NCBI GenBank assembly: GCA_934643865.1 | Contig: CAKUCX010000007.1 | Location: 7,766 to 71,765 of the forward strand | Direction: 5' to 3' | Source of the DNA: an uncultured Kiritimatiellota bacterium | GTDB taxonomy: Bacteria > Verrucomicrobiota > Kiritimatiellia > RFP12 > UBA1067 | Length of the DNA: 64,000 bases | Part shown: piece by piece, positions 18,892-27,627 of the stretch | Layout of the letters: the number at the start of each line of letters is the position of its first letter | Position numbering within the stretch: the stretch's first letter is position 1 | The notes under the pieces: generated by a model | Seen by the model: the letters and a program-made list of their open reading frames with translations, nothing else | Databases searched by the model: none | Told to the model about the DNA's origin: nothing | Program-made: the position numbers and the translations under genes

Positions 18892-19671
18892 TTAACATTC
18901 GGCCTTGAGAGCCTCTTCGCCGCGCCAGGCGTAGTACTTCTTGAGCTTCAGCTTCGCCGCCGCCGCCGTGTCGCAGAACACCCAGGCGTCCGGGTGCATC
19001 TGGAGCGCGCTCGCCGTGCAGAACTGCGAGACGCCGCCCTCGACCATGCCCTTCACCGCGCCGGCCTTGTTCGCGCCGAACGCGAGCAGGACGATGCGCT
19101 TCGCCTCCAGGATCGTCCCCACGCCCATCGAGAGCGCCTGCTTCGGCACGTCGGCCGCCTTCTTGAAGAAGCGCGCGTTGTCCTTGATCGTCTGCGGCGT
19201 GAGCGAGACGATGCGCGTGCGGCTCGCGAGCGAGCTGCCCGGCTCGTTGAACGCGATGTGGCCGTCCGAGCCGATGCCGAGCACCTGCAGGTCGATGCCG
19301 CCCGCCTTCCTGATCGCCGCCTCGTAGGCCGCGACCTCCTTCCGCCAGTCCTTCGCAAGCCCGTTGAGGACGTGCGTGTTCCTCTTCACGATGTCGATCG
19401 CGTCGAAGAGGTTCGCGTCCATGAAGTGCCGGTAGCTCTGGTCGTGGGCCGGCGGCAGCCCCCAGTACTCGTCCAGGTTCCAGGTGCGCACCGCCTTGAA
19501 GGAGATCTTCTTCGCCTTGTTGTCGGCGATCAGGCACTGGTACATCTCCACGGGCGTCGAGCCGGTCGCGAGGCCCAGCACGGCCTTCGGGTTCCGCCTC
19601 ACGCACGCCGCCACGAGGTCGGCCGCCCGGCGGCTCGCCTCTTCCTTCGTCCTGCACACGATGATTTCCAT
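18892..19671 (-). CDS. nagB: Glucosamine-6-phosphate deaminase
   Basis: 259 aa; LGLATGSTP, NLDEY, LGIGSDGHIAFNEPGSS are NagB signature segments. Confidence 0.93.
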   Translation of the reverse strand: MEIIVCRTKEEASRRAADLVAACVRRNPKAVLGLATGSTPVEMYQCLIADNKAKKISFKAVRTWNLDEYWGLPPAHDQSYRHFMDANLFDAIDIVKRNTHVLNGLAKDWRKEVAAYEAAIRKAGGIDLQVLGIGSDGHIAFNEPGSSLASRTRIVSLTPQTIKDNARFFKKAADVPKQALSMGVGTILEAKRIVLLAFGANKAGAVKGMVEGGVSQFCTASALQMHPDAWVFCDTAAAAKLKLKKYYAWRGEEALKAEC

Positions 19672-19696
19672 AGCTCTCCTTCTTTCCCGGATGACT

Positions 19697-20584
19697 TCAA
19701 CTCCGAATGGCCTTCAGCATCGCCGCGCGGTCGGCGACGAGGCCCGTCCAGAGTTCGAACGACTTCGCGCCCTGCCCGACGAGGAACTCGAGGCCGTCCG
19801 AGGCCTCGGCGCCCGCCGCCCGCGCGGCCGCCGCCGTGGGCGGGAAGTGGACGGTCGGCACGATGTCGAGGACGAACTGCCCCGGATGGAACGCGGACGG
19901 CGGGAGCGCGCTCGGCTCCCCTTCGTGGAGCCCCATCGGCGTCGCGTTCACGACGATCTCCGCCCCCTCGGCCGCCGCGCCCCAGCGCGCCTTCGACGCC
20001 GCGAGGTCGGCCCCGCACACGCCCGCGCCGGGCGCCGCCTCGGGGACGGGCGCGAGCGCCGTCACCTGCGTCCCCGTACCGAGCGCCGCCAGCCGTTCGG
20101 CGAGCGCCGCGACGCGCGCGGCGTCGAGGTCTGCCACCGTGAGGGCGGCCGCCTTCTCATGGCAGCACGCCGTCGCGAGGGCGCTCCCCGCGCCGCCGCA
20201 GCCGACGAGGAAGACTCGCTTCCCCGCGAGGTGGACGCCGTGAGCGGCGAGGCCGGACACGAAGCCGATCACGTCCGTGTTGAACCCCGTCAGCGTGCCG
20301 TCCTTCTCGAAGCGGATCGTGTTGCACGCGCCGTAGCGCGCGACGCTCGCATCCACATGGTCGAGGAGCGGAATCACCGCGCGCTTGTGCGGCACCGTCA
20401 CGTTGAGCCCCCGGTAGCCCGCGTCGCGCTTCGCCCGCACGAACGCCGCGACGTCCCCCGGCGCCACGTCGAACTTTTCGTAGGTCGCGTCGAGGCCGAG
20501 CGCGGCGAAGTTCGCCGCGTGCATCTTCGGGGAAAGGGAATGGGCCACGGGGTGGCCGATGACCGCGAACTTCAGCGTCGCCAT
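19697..20584 (-). CDS. aroE: Shikimate dehydrogenase
   Basis: Real part of ORF 19697..20692, starting MATLKFAVIGHPVAHSLSPKMHAANFAALGL; GLNVTVPHK; NTD; GCGGAGSA. Confidence 0.9.
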   Translation of the reverse strand: MATLKFAVIGHPVAHSLSPKMHAANFAALGLDATYEKFDVAPGDVAAFVRAKRDAGYRGLNVTVPHKRAVIPLLDHVDASVARYGACNTIRFEKDGTLTGFNTDVIGFVSGLAAHGVHLAGKRVFLVGCGGAGSALATACCHEKAAALTVADLDAARVAALAERLAALGTGTQVTALAPVPEAAPGAGVCGADLAASKARWGAAAEGAEIVVNATPMGLHEGEPSALPPSAFHPGQFVLDIVPTVHFPPTAAAARAAGAEASDGLEFLVGQGAKSFELWTGLVADRAAMLKAIRS

Positions 20585-20595
20585 GCCGTCCCTCC

Positions 20596-20850
20596 TCACT
20601 TCCGGGGCGCGCGGCGGCACGTCACCTCGATGACGTTCACCTGGTTGCGCAGCTGCAGCATCACCTGCTCGATGACGCGGTCGTCGCCCCACACGTCGAT
20701 CTTCATGCGCGAGACGGTGCCGTCCTCGGTCGGGCCCACGCTGAGCGTCTGGATGTTGTAGCCGCGCCCGGAGATGAGCCCGACGATGCGCGCGAGGACG
20801 CCGGGCTTGTTCTCCACGAAGCAGTTCAGTCTGTTCAGTCCCTCTTTCAT
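20596..20850 (-). CDS. ilvN: Acetolactate synthase small (regulatory) subunit, short ACT-only form (84 aa)
   Basis: C-terminal 84 codons of ORF 20596..22674: MKEGLNRLNCFVENKPGVLARIVGLISGRGYNIQTLSVGPTED. Its ATG overlaps the ilvB TGA (ATGA). Confidence 0.8.
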   Translation of the reverse strand: MKEGLNRLNCFVENKPGVLARIVGLISGRGYNIQTLSVGPTEDGTVSRMKIDVWGDDRVIEQVMLQLRNQVNVIEVTCRRAPRK

Positions 20851-22580
20851 TCGAAGATCATTCCTTCCACGGGCTGCCCGCCCGGCTGCATGGGGTAGAC
20901 GTTCGCGCGCGGCTCGACGATGACCTCCACGAAGGTCGTGCGCGCCGACCTCACGGCCTTCTTCAGCACCGCGTCGAGCTTCGCGGGGTCGATGACGCGG
21001 TACGCCTCCGCGCCGTGCGCCTCGGCGAGCTTCACGAGGTCGGGCAGGTAGTCGTAGGCGAGGTCCTGCTCCAGGCGCTCGTTCGCGAGGCGCCCCTTCA
21101 CGGTGAGGATCGAGCCGGCGTAGCGCTTGTTGAAGAACAGCTCCTGCCACTGGCGCACCATGCCGAGGCAGCCGTTGTTGACCACGACGAAGGTGACGGG
21201 CAGCTTGTGCTCGACGGCGACGACGACCTCCTCGAACGTCATCTGCGCGCCGCCGTCGCCGCACACCGCGACGACCTTGTGGTCGCCCTTGCCGATCGCC
21301 GCGCCGATCGCCGCAGGGATGCCGAAGCCCATCGTGCCCATGCCGCCGGAGGAGAGGAAATGGCGCGCGTGCGTGTGGCGGAAGTACTGCGCGGCCCACA
21401 TCTGGTGCTGGCCGACGTCCGTCACGAGGATCGCCTCGCCGTTCGTGGCGCGGTCGATCGCCTCCATGACGCGCTGCGGCATGATGACGTTCGGGTGGAG
21501 CGGCCTGTACGCCATGGGGCGCCGCTTCTTCCATTCCGCGATCTGCGCGAGCCAGGCGTCGTGCGTGGCGGGCTTCACGCGGGAGGCGACCGTCGTGAGG
21601 ACGTCCTTCACGTCCGCGACGATCCCGAGGTCGACGCGCACGTTCTTGCCGACGGACGCCGGGTCGCAGTCGACGTGGACGATCTTCGCCGCCTTCGCGT
21701 AGGCCGCGAGCTTCCCCGTCACGCGGTCCGAGAAGCGCACGCCGAAGGCGAGCAGCAGGTCCGCGCGGTTGATCGCGTAGTTCGCCGCCGCCGTGCCGTG
21801 CATGCCCGCGAGGCGCAGGGACAGCGGATCCGTCTCGGGGAACGCCCCCAGACCCATGAGCGTCGTCGCGACGGGGATCTGCGCCCGGCGCGCGAGGCGG
21901 GCGACGTCCTTCGTGGCGCCGGCCGCGATCACGCCGCCGCCCGCGTAGACGACGGGGCGCTCGGCCTCGTTGATGAGCTTCGCGAGGCGGCCGAGTTCGC
22001 GCGCGGTCGCGTAGCACTCGGGGTGGTAGGCGCGCAGGGAGACGCGCTCGGGGTACTCCGCCGCCGTCTTCGTCTGCTGGACGTTCTTGGGGACGTCGAT
22101 GACGACGGGGCCGGGCTTGCCGTGCGTCGCGATGTAGAACGCCTCGGCGACGATTTCCGGGATCTCGTCCGCGCTCTGCACGAGGAAGCTGTGCTTCGTG
22201 ACGGCGCGGCAGATGCCGTTCATGTCCGCCTCCTGGAAGGCGTCCGTGCCGATCTGGCCGAGGGGCACCTGTCCCGTGATGCACACGAGCGGCACGCCGT
22301 CCATGTTGGCGGTCGCGAGGCCCGTGACCGTGTTCGTCGCGCCGGGGCCCGACGTCACGAGGCACACGCCCGGCCGGCCCGTCGCGCGGGCATAGCCGTC
22401 GGCCATGTGGACGCAGCCCTGCTCGTGGCGGCCGAGGACGAACTGGAACGGCGCCTCGGGGAGGCAGTCGAAGATGTCCAGCACCTGGCCGCCCGGATAC
22501 CCGAACAGCACCTCCGTGCCGGCCTTCACCAGCGCATCGACGAGCGTCTGCGCGCCCGTTCTTTCGAGTTTCTTCTTCAT
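20847..22580 (-). CDS. ilvB: Acetolactate synthase large subunit (ThDP-dependent)
   Basis: Starts at MKKKLERTGAQTLVDALVKAGTEVLFGYPGGQVLDIFD; GGMGTMGFGIPAAIGA and GDGGAQMT are ThDP-binding motifs. Confidence 0.93.
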   Translation of the reverse strand: MKKKLERTGAQTLVDALVKAGTEVLFGYPGGQVLDIFDCLPEAPFQFVLGRHEQGCVHMADGYARATGRPGVCLVTSGPGATNTVTGLATANMDGVPLVCITGQVPLGQIGTDAFQEADMNGICRAVTKHSFLVQSADEIPEIVAEAFYIATHGKPGPVVIDVPKNVQQTKTAAEYPERVSLRAYHPECYATARELGRLAKLINEAERPVVYAGGGVIAAGATKDVARLARRAQIPVATTLMGLGAFPETDPLSLRLAGMHGTAAANYAINRADLLLAFGVRFSDRVTGKLAAYAKAAKIVHVDCDPASVGKNVRVDLGIVADVKDVLTTVASRVKPATHDAWLAQIAEWKKRRPMAYRPLHPNVIMPQRVMEAIDRATNGEAILVTDVGQHQMWAAQYFRHTHARHFLSSGGMGTMGFGIPAAIGAAIGKGDHKVVAVCGDGGAQMTFEEVVVAVEHKLPVTFVVVNNGCLGMVRQWQELFFNKRYAGSILTVKGRLANERLEQDLAYDYLPDLVKLAEAHGAEAYRVIDPAKLDAVLKKAVRSARTTFVEVIVEPRANVYPMQPGGQPVEGMIFE

Positions 22581-23695
22581 TTCTTTTCCATGTTCTGCCG
22601 CAGCCACGCCTGCGCGTTGCGGTCGCCCCGCGCGGCGCGCGAGCGGATCTTCCACTCAAGCGCGAGGTGTTCATTCGCCTGCACGCCGGTGCCCTTCTCG
22701 TAGCACGTCGCCACGTTCTCCATCGCCGGCGGGTAGCCCGCGTCGGCCGCCTTCAGGAAGAGGGTGAACGCGCGCGCCGGGTCGGCCGGCGCGCCCTCGC
22801 CCTTCCAGAGGGCGACGCCGAGCGCATCGACCGCCTCGACGCAGCCGCCCTCGGCCGCGCGCTCCAGCAGCTTGACGGCGGCCGCGAAGTCCCGCTTCAC
22901 GCCCTCGCCGCGACGCAGCGCGAGCGCATAGTTGAATTCGCCGAAGGGGTTGCCGTAGCTTGCGGACTTCGCGAACCACTTCGCCGAGAGCGCGGGGTCC
23001 CGCTCCACGACGCGGCCGTCCCGGAAGAACGCCCCGATGTTGTTGATCGCCTCGGCGTGCCCCTTCTCGGCGGCCGCCCGGAAGCAGTTGAACGCCGCCG
23101 GTTCGTCGCGCGCCGTCCCGAGCCCCCGCCAGAGGCACATGCCGAGGTTGTAGAGCCCGTTCGCGTCGCCCTTCCCCGCCGCGCGCCTGAAGAGGCCGTG
23201 CGCCTCCCCGAGCGCGCGCACGACCTCGTTGGACGCCGCGCCGCCCGCGAGGGCCGTGTTGAAGACGAGCGTCCCCCAGGCGTTCTCCGCCTGGATGTTC
23301 CCCGCCTCCGCCGCGCGGCGGAGGAGGTTCGTGTCGCCCGCCTCCAGCGAGAGCAGGTAGAGCGCCATCGGGTTGTTGTTCTCGCGCGCGGCGCGTTCGA
23401 TCGCCGCGCGGGAGCGGGCGAAGTAGGCCGCGCGCGTCTTCTCGTCGAGGCGCGCCGCCGGCGGCGCGTCCGGTTCGCGCGAAGCGAGCGCGAGCACAAA
23501 GGCGTAGACGCCCTTCCCCTCGCGCGCCTGCGCGGCGACCTCTTCGGCCGCCTGGGCGTAGCTGCGGGGCGAACCCGAGGCCCGCGCGTTCAGGAGGCGC
23601 AGCACCGCGTTCGACGTCTCCGCGTCCTCCGCCGCGCCAAGCGCCGCTGCGGCGGCGAGCAGAAGGACGGCCAGCAAACCAACGATTCGTCTCAT
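22577..23695 (-). CDS. Secreted Sel1-like (TPR-type) repeat protein
   Basis: Signal peptide MRRIVGLLAVLLLAAAAALGAAE. Repeated A.G...A...LG..Y..G.GV..D...A..WF..AA units. Its stop overlaps the ilvB ATG. Confidence 0.8.
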   Translation of the reverse strand: MRRIVGLLAVLLLAAAAALGAAEDAETSNAVLRLLNARASGSPRSYAQAAEEVAAQAREGKGVYAFVLALASREPDAPPAARLDEKTRAAYFARSRAAIERAARENNNPMALYLLSLEAGDTNLLRRAAEAGNIQAENAWGTLVFNTALAGGAASNEVVRALGEAHGLFRRAAGKGDANGLYNLGMCLWRGLGTARDEPAAFNCFRAAAEKGHAEAINNIGAFFRDGRVVERDPALSAKWFAKSASYGNPFGEFNYALALRRGEGVKRDFAAAVKLLERAAEGGCVEAVDALGVALWKGEGAPADPARAFTLFLKAADAGYPPAMENVATCYEKGTGVQANEHLALEWKIRSRAARGDRNAQAWLRQNMEKK

Positions 23696-23713
23696 CTTCC
23701 GGGCCTCCTTCGC

Positions 23714-24328
23714 CTAGCCTTTCGACCGCGCGCGCGGCGAGAGCATCGCGGACGAAACGGGCATCGCCGCGCCGACGATCGGCGTCCCCCGGTTCCGCCA
23801 GTTCTTCCGTCCCGCGCACACCGTCAGCGTGCGCCCCGCCGTGCCGAAGCGCCACCAGGGCGGACGCCTCAGCCCCACGACGTCGAAGCCGTCCCGCAGC
23901 AGCTCGTACACCGCCCGGGCCGTCCAGCCGCGCCCGTCGCCGCGCGCCGCCTCCTCCACCGTGAACATGAGGCACCCGCCCCCCTGCAGCACGCGGTGCG
24001 CCTCGCGCACAAGCGCCTCCAGGCGGTCGCGCGGCCCGTCCAGCACGGCCTTCGCGAACAGCGCCACCTCGAACTGGTGGTCCTCGAACGGCAGCTCGCC
24101 GCCCGCGCCCATCTGGAGGACGGTCTTGGGGTCGAGCGCCGCCGCCGTCGCCGCGCGTGCGGCGGCATCGGCCTCCACCGTCATCCACACGCCCTCGTGC
24201 GCCGCACGGAAGGCGTGGGACGCCCCGGCGTCCGCGAAGCCGACGTCAAACCCCGCCCGCACGCGCGTGTACCGCGCGCCGAACTCGGCCGCCGTCGCCG
24301 CCGTGAATCTGTCGAGGCTAAAGCTCAA
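23714..24328 (-). CDS. Class I SAM methyltransferase-like protein with a degenerate glycine motif (weak call)
   Basis: LPFEDHQFEVALFAKAVLDGPRDRLEALVREAHRVLQGGGCLMFTV resembles the post-motif-I region of Methyltransf_11-type proteins. The expected GxGxG region reads DVGFADAGAS. Confidence 0.35.
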   Translation of the reverse strand: MSFSLDRFTAATAAEFGARYTRVRAGFDVGFADAGASHAFRAAHEGVWMTVEADAAARAATAAALDPKTVLQMGAGGELPFEDHQFEVALFAKAVLDGPRDRLEALVREAHRVLQGGGCLMFTVEEAARGDGRGWTARAVYELLRDGFDVVGLRRPPWWRFGTAGRTLTVCAGRKNWRNRGTPIVGAAMPVSSAMLSPRARSKG

Positions 24329-25586
24329 GGGCCGTTTCTTCCCGCGTCGCGAGATCCTTCATCTTCGCCCGGCCGGCCGCGACGTCGTCCGGGCCGAGGA
24401 ACACCGCCTTCGCGCAGGAACTCGCCCCCGCGCGCGAAAAGAACTGCTTCGGCTTCGCCTTGCGGAGCGCGAGGTTCACGCATTCCCCCTGCGCGCGCAG
24501 CTTCGCCGCGAGCGCCAGCGCCGCGTCGCGCTGCTCGGGGAACATCCACCCCACGTACACGCCCTTCTTCGGGGCGGGCGCGTCCGCGCCGAGCCGCGCC
24601 TTCAGGAGCTCCGTCACCACCACGTCGCCGAACCCGAGCCCCACCGCCGTCGCGGGGTCGCCGCCGATCGTCGTGAGCAGGTTGTCGTAGCGCCCGCCGC
24701 CGAAGATCGCGCGGAATTCGCGCTGCGTGTCGAAGCACTCGAAGACGATGCCCGTGTAGTAGCTGAGGCCGCGGATCACCGAGATGTCGAAGACGAGGCA
24801 GTCCGCGAACCCCGCGAGGCCCGCGAGGCGGAAGAGCTCGCGCAGCTGCGCAACGGCGGGGGAGCCCGCGCCCGCGAGGCGTTCGGCCTCGTCGAGCGTC
24901 TTGAGGTCCATGATCGCGAAGGCCGCCTTCACGCCCGCGTCGTCCACGCCGCCCGCGCGGAGCATCGCCGCGATCTCCTCGTCCGGCATCTTGCCGCGCT
25001 TGTCGAGCGCGAGGAACACCTGCGCGTGGAGGTCCGCCGGGATGCCACTCGCCGCGAGCAGTTCCGAGAGGAGCGCGCGGTTCGAGACATGGACGCGGAA
25101 ATCATCCCTGGAAAGCCCCATGCGGCGGAGGGCGTCGCACGCCGCGCCCAGCACCTCCACCTCGGCAAGCACGCTCTCCTCGCCGATGATGTCGCAGTTC
25201 CACTGGTAGTGTTCGCGCTTGCGGCCCTTCGTCATGCGCTCGTAGCGAAAGCACTGCGCGATCGTCGTCCACTTGATCGGGAAGGCGAGCGAACCCTGGC
25301 GCTGCGCGACCATGCGCGCGAGCGTGGGCGTCATCTCCGCGCGCAGCGCGATGTGGCGGTCGCTCTTGTCGCGGAAGTGGTAGATCTGCTCGCCCACCTC
25401 CTCGCCCGCCTTGCGCGCGAGCAGCTCGTAGCTCTCGACGACGCAGGCGTCGTAGGGCTCGAAGCCGGCGGCCTCGCCGGCGGCGCGGAAGGCGTCGAAC
25501 ACGCGGTTGCGCCACGCCATGTCCTCGGGGTAGAAGTCCCGCATGCCGCGGGGAGGCTCGAAACTGATCTTCGTCTGCTCGTCCAT
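24318..25586 (-). CDS. hisS: Histidine--tRNA ligase
   Basis: Starts at MDEQTKISFEPPRGMRDFYPEDMAWRN; ...CFRYERMTKGRKREHYQ...; the GGRYDNL motif is present. Confidence 0.95.
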   Translation of the reverse strand: MDEQTKISFEPPRGMRDFYPEDMAWRNRVFDAFRAAGEAAGFEPYDACVVESYELLARKAGEEVGEQIYHFRDKSDRHIALRAEMTPTLARMVAQRQGSLAFPIKWTTIAQCFRYERMTKGRKREHYQWNCDIIGEESVLAEVEVLGAACDALRRMGLSRDDFRVHVSNRALLSELLAASGIPADLHAQVFLALDKRGKMPDEEIAAMLRAGGVDDAGVKAAFAIMDLKTLDEAERLAGAGSPAVAQLRELFRLAGLAGFADCLVFDISVIRGLSYYTGIVFECFDTQREFRAIFGGGRYDNLLTTIGGDPATAVGLGFGDVVVTELLKARLGADAPAPKKGVYVGWMFPEQRDAALALAAKLRAQGECVNLALRKAKPKQFFSRAGASSCAKAVFLGPDDVAAGRAKMKDLATREETALEL

Positions 25587-25611
25587 CTCTGTTGTTCTCT
25601 TTGAAGTCGAT

Positions 25612-25622
25612 ATTATAGCACA
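25612..25622 (-). promoter_or_regulatory. Extended -10 element TGTGCTATAAT upstream of hisS
   Basis: The minus strand reads cggatTTGTGCTATAATatcgacttcaaagagaacaacagagATGGAC. Confidence 0.45.
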
Positions 25623-25730
25623 AATCCGCGTGGGTTTGTTCGGGCCTGCGGCCCGACCGCCGGCGGCAAGGGCGTTTCGGCAGACCACCCCCCGCCAGCC
25701 CGTGCGGAACGGCGGGGCGATGCGTCCGCG

Positions 25731-26570
25731 TCACGCAGGACGATGCGCGAGCAGGCACTCGCGCAGGAGCTTGCAGGCGAGGGCCGTGGAGCGGCCGCTC
25801 GCGTCCAGCGCGGGCGCAAGCTCGACGAGGTCGAAGGCAACGACGCGGAAGCGCGCGAAGACGTCCATGAGCGCGGCGCGCAGCTGCCCGAACGTGAAGC
25901 CGCCCGCCTCGGGCGTGCCCGTCCCCGGGAACTCCGCCGGGTCGAGGACGTCGAGGTCGACCGTCAGGTAGACGGGCGTCCCCTCCGGGAGCGCGCGCGC
26001 GGGCAGCGTCGCCGCCGCGAACGGCTCCGCCGTGACGTGGCCCGCCTGCATGAACGCGAACTCCTCGCGCGTCCCCGAGCGGATGCCGAACTGGAAGATG
26101 CGCCCGTCGCCGAGGAGGTCGTGGCAGCGGCGCAGGACACAGGCGTGGGAGAGCGGGCTGCCGAGGTAGTCCGCGCGCAGGTCGGCGTGCGCGTCGAAGT
26201 GAAGGACGTGGAGGTCCGGGTGGCGCGCCCGGGCCGCGCGCACCGCGCCGAGCGTGACGAGATGCTCGCCGCCGAGGAGGACGGGCGCCTTCCCCGCATC
26301 GAGGATCCGCGCCGCCTCGGCCTCGATCATCCCGAGCGCGGGCTCGGGCGCGCCGAACGGCAGCTCCAGGTCGCCGGCATCGTGGACGGCACAGTCCCCG
26401 AGGTCGCGCCCCTGGTAGGGCGAGTACGTCTCGATGCCGAACGACTCGTGGCGGATCGCCGCCGGGCCAAAGCGCGCGCCGGGTCGGTAGGAGGTCGTCG
26501 AGTCGTAGGGCGCGCCGAAGAGGACGGCCCGCGCCGCGTCAAAGTCCCTGTCGCATCCGATGAAGTTCAT
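25731..26570 (-). CDS. speB: Agmatinase (ureohydrolase family)
   Basis: Starts at MNFIGCDRDFDAARAVLFGAPYDSTTSYRPGARFGP; ...GGEHLVT...HFDAHADLR...LTVDLDVLDP are the arginase/agmatinase Mn-binding motifs. An alternative upstream start is MRLAEADRN. Confidence 0.88.
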   Translation of the reverse strand: MNFIGCDRDFDAARAVLFGAPYDSTTSYRPGARFGPAAIRHESFGIETYSPYQGRDLGDCAVHDAGDLELPFGAPEPALGMIEAEAARILDAGKAPVLLGGEHLVTLGAVRAARARHPDLHVLHFDAHADLRADYLGSPLSHACVLRRCHDLLGDGRIFQFGIRSGTREEFAFMQAGHVTAEPFAAATLPARALPEGTPVYLTVDLDVLDPAEFPGTGTPEAGGFTFGQLRAALMDVFARFRVVAFDLVELAPALDASGRSTALACKLLRECLLAHRPA

Positions 26571-26655
26571 GTTCCTGTCAGCCTCTGCGAGGCGCATCGC
26601 CCCTGCGTTCCCCGGCACGGCGTGCGCCCCTGCGTCATCCTCATGTCCGCTTCGG

Positions 26656-26664
26656 AGTATACCA
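26656..26664 (-). promoter_or_regulatory. Extended -10 element TGGTATACT upstream of speB
   Basis: The minus strand reads cctaTGGTATACTccgaagcgg..., about 85 nt upstream of the speB ATG. Confidence 0.35.
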
Positions 26665-26704
26665 TAGGCCGCGCCGTGCCCGCAAGCCCGCCAACAGCCC
26701 ATGA

Positions 26705-26822
26705 CGCGCGCTCCGTGTTGACCGGCAGGATGCTTTCCTGGCCCGGTCGCAATGAAGTGCGCCCCTGGTGAGGCGGCGCGGGTGGGTTGCGCAGCCTCCG
26801 GCCGGTCAACACGGAGCGCGCG
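26705..26822. repeat. Perfect 22-bp inverted repeat separated by a 74-nt spacer
   Basis: 26705..26726 (CGCGCGCTCCGTGTTGACCGGC) is the exact reverse complement of 26801..26822 (GCCGGTCAACACGGAGCGCGCG). Three more pairs follow one inner mismatch. Confidence 0.85.
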
Positions 26823-26984
26823 GGGGCACGGGGACACGGAGATTGGTTTTGAGGCTGGCTTGCGCGCTCCTTCATCCAACACCTCGTCCACTGACGGCCC
26901 GGCGCGGGACGTCCGACAGCGGCCGGACCATCCCCAGCCGGGGAATCAAACAGCCCGTGGGTGTCGGGGGCAGGGGGCAAGGGC

Positions 26985-27013
26985 TTGACCGAGGAGGCGA
27001 AATCTGTTAAAAT
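26985..27013 (+). promoter_or_regulatory. Near-consensus sigma-70 promoter for the GNAT gene (-35 TTGACC, 17-nt spacer, -10 TAAAAT)
   Basis: gggcTTGACCgaggaggcgaaatctgtTAAAATtcgactg..., followed by an AT-rich leader and AAGGAG 7 nt before the ATG at 27054. Confidence 0.55.
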
Positions 27014-27053
27014 TCGACTGTTTTGTTAAAAATATAAAAAAAGGAGATCTTAA

Positions 27054-27515
27054 ATGGCCAATGCATTTCGTTTCAGGACGGCGGGGGCGGACGACCGGGA
27101 CGCCTTTCTCGACATGAGCCGCGAGTTCTACGCATCCGATGCGGTCCTTCACGATGTCGATCCCGCCTTTCACGAAAAGGCGTTCGCCGAATTGCTCCGC
27201 TCCGGCACGTACCTCACGTGTTACATCTTCACATGCGGAAACCAGACGGCAGGGTACGCGCTCCTGAGCAAGATGTTCTCGCGGGAGTTCGGCGGCATGG
27301 TCGTCTGGATCGAAGAGGCCTACGTCCGCCCGGCCTTTCAGGGACGCGGCGTCGGCGGAACCTTCTTCCGGTGGCTGCGCGAGAACGTCCCGGCCGCCGC
27401 CTACCGCCTAGAAGTCGAACCGTCGAACGTGCGTGCGCGCCGTCTCTACACGCGCCTCGGCTTCTCCGAACTGCCGTACGTCCAGATGGTCATCCGGGGG
27501 CAAGGCGGCGCCTAG
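27054..27515 (+). CDS. GNAT-family N-acetyltransferase
   Basis: 153 aa; IEEAYVRPAFQGRGVGGTFFRWL (acetyl-CoA binding Q/RxxGxG/A motif) and ...ARRLYTRLGF. Strong SD. One of only two protein genes of over 100 codons on the plus strand. Confidence 0.85.
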   Translation: MANAFRFRTAGADDRDAFLDMSREFYASDAVLHDVDPAFHEKAFAELLRSGTYLTCYIFTCGNQTAGYALLSKMFSREFGGMVVWIEEAYVRPAFQGRGVGGTFFRWLRENVPAAAYRLEVEPSNVRARRLYTRLGFSELPYVQMVIRGQGGA

Positions 27516-27600
27516 CGCCTCGTTGACACAAGGAGACCCTCTCTTTTATCTCATTTGAGCGACCACGGCAAAACGCGGGATTCCGCAGTGGCGGTTTTCA

Positions 27601-27627
27601 CGCAGAGGCCGCAGAGACCGCAGAGGT
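27601..27627. repeat. Three tandem 9-nt units (CGCAGAGGC CGCAGAGAC CGCAGAGGT) followed by a C-rich tract
   Basis: Read directly in the GNAT/hisF intergenic spacer. Confidence 0.7.

Noticed and set aside
22671-24188. 505-aa minus-strand ORF overlapping the Sel1-repeat and methyltransferase-like genes in another frame
   Set aside because: The translation is Arg/Gly/Ala-rich and motif-free, whereas the competing frame encodes clear Sel1 repeats with a signal peptide.
26571-27053. Search for a known structured RNA (RNase P, SRP/4.5S, tmRNA, 6S, riboswitch) in the longest intergenic region
   Set aside because: By eye I could find none of the conserved core motifs I know for these RNAs (for example GAGGAAAGUCCGG, GGAAGCAGCC, a tRNA-like 3' end with CCA). 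Only the inverted repeat is reported. A covariance-model scan would be needed to be sure.
27054-27515. GNAT as the toxin of a GNAT/RHH-type toxin-antitoxin pair
   Set aside because: There is no small antitoxin ORF upstream or downstream. The upstream region is promoter and leader only, and the gene stands alone.
27601-27627. Possible CRISPR or minisatellite
   Set aside because: There are only three imperfect 9-nt units with no spacers and no cas genes. It is too short to call anything more than a micro-repeat.
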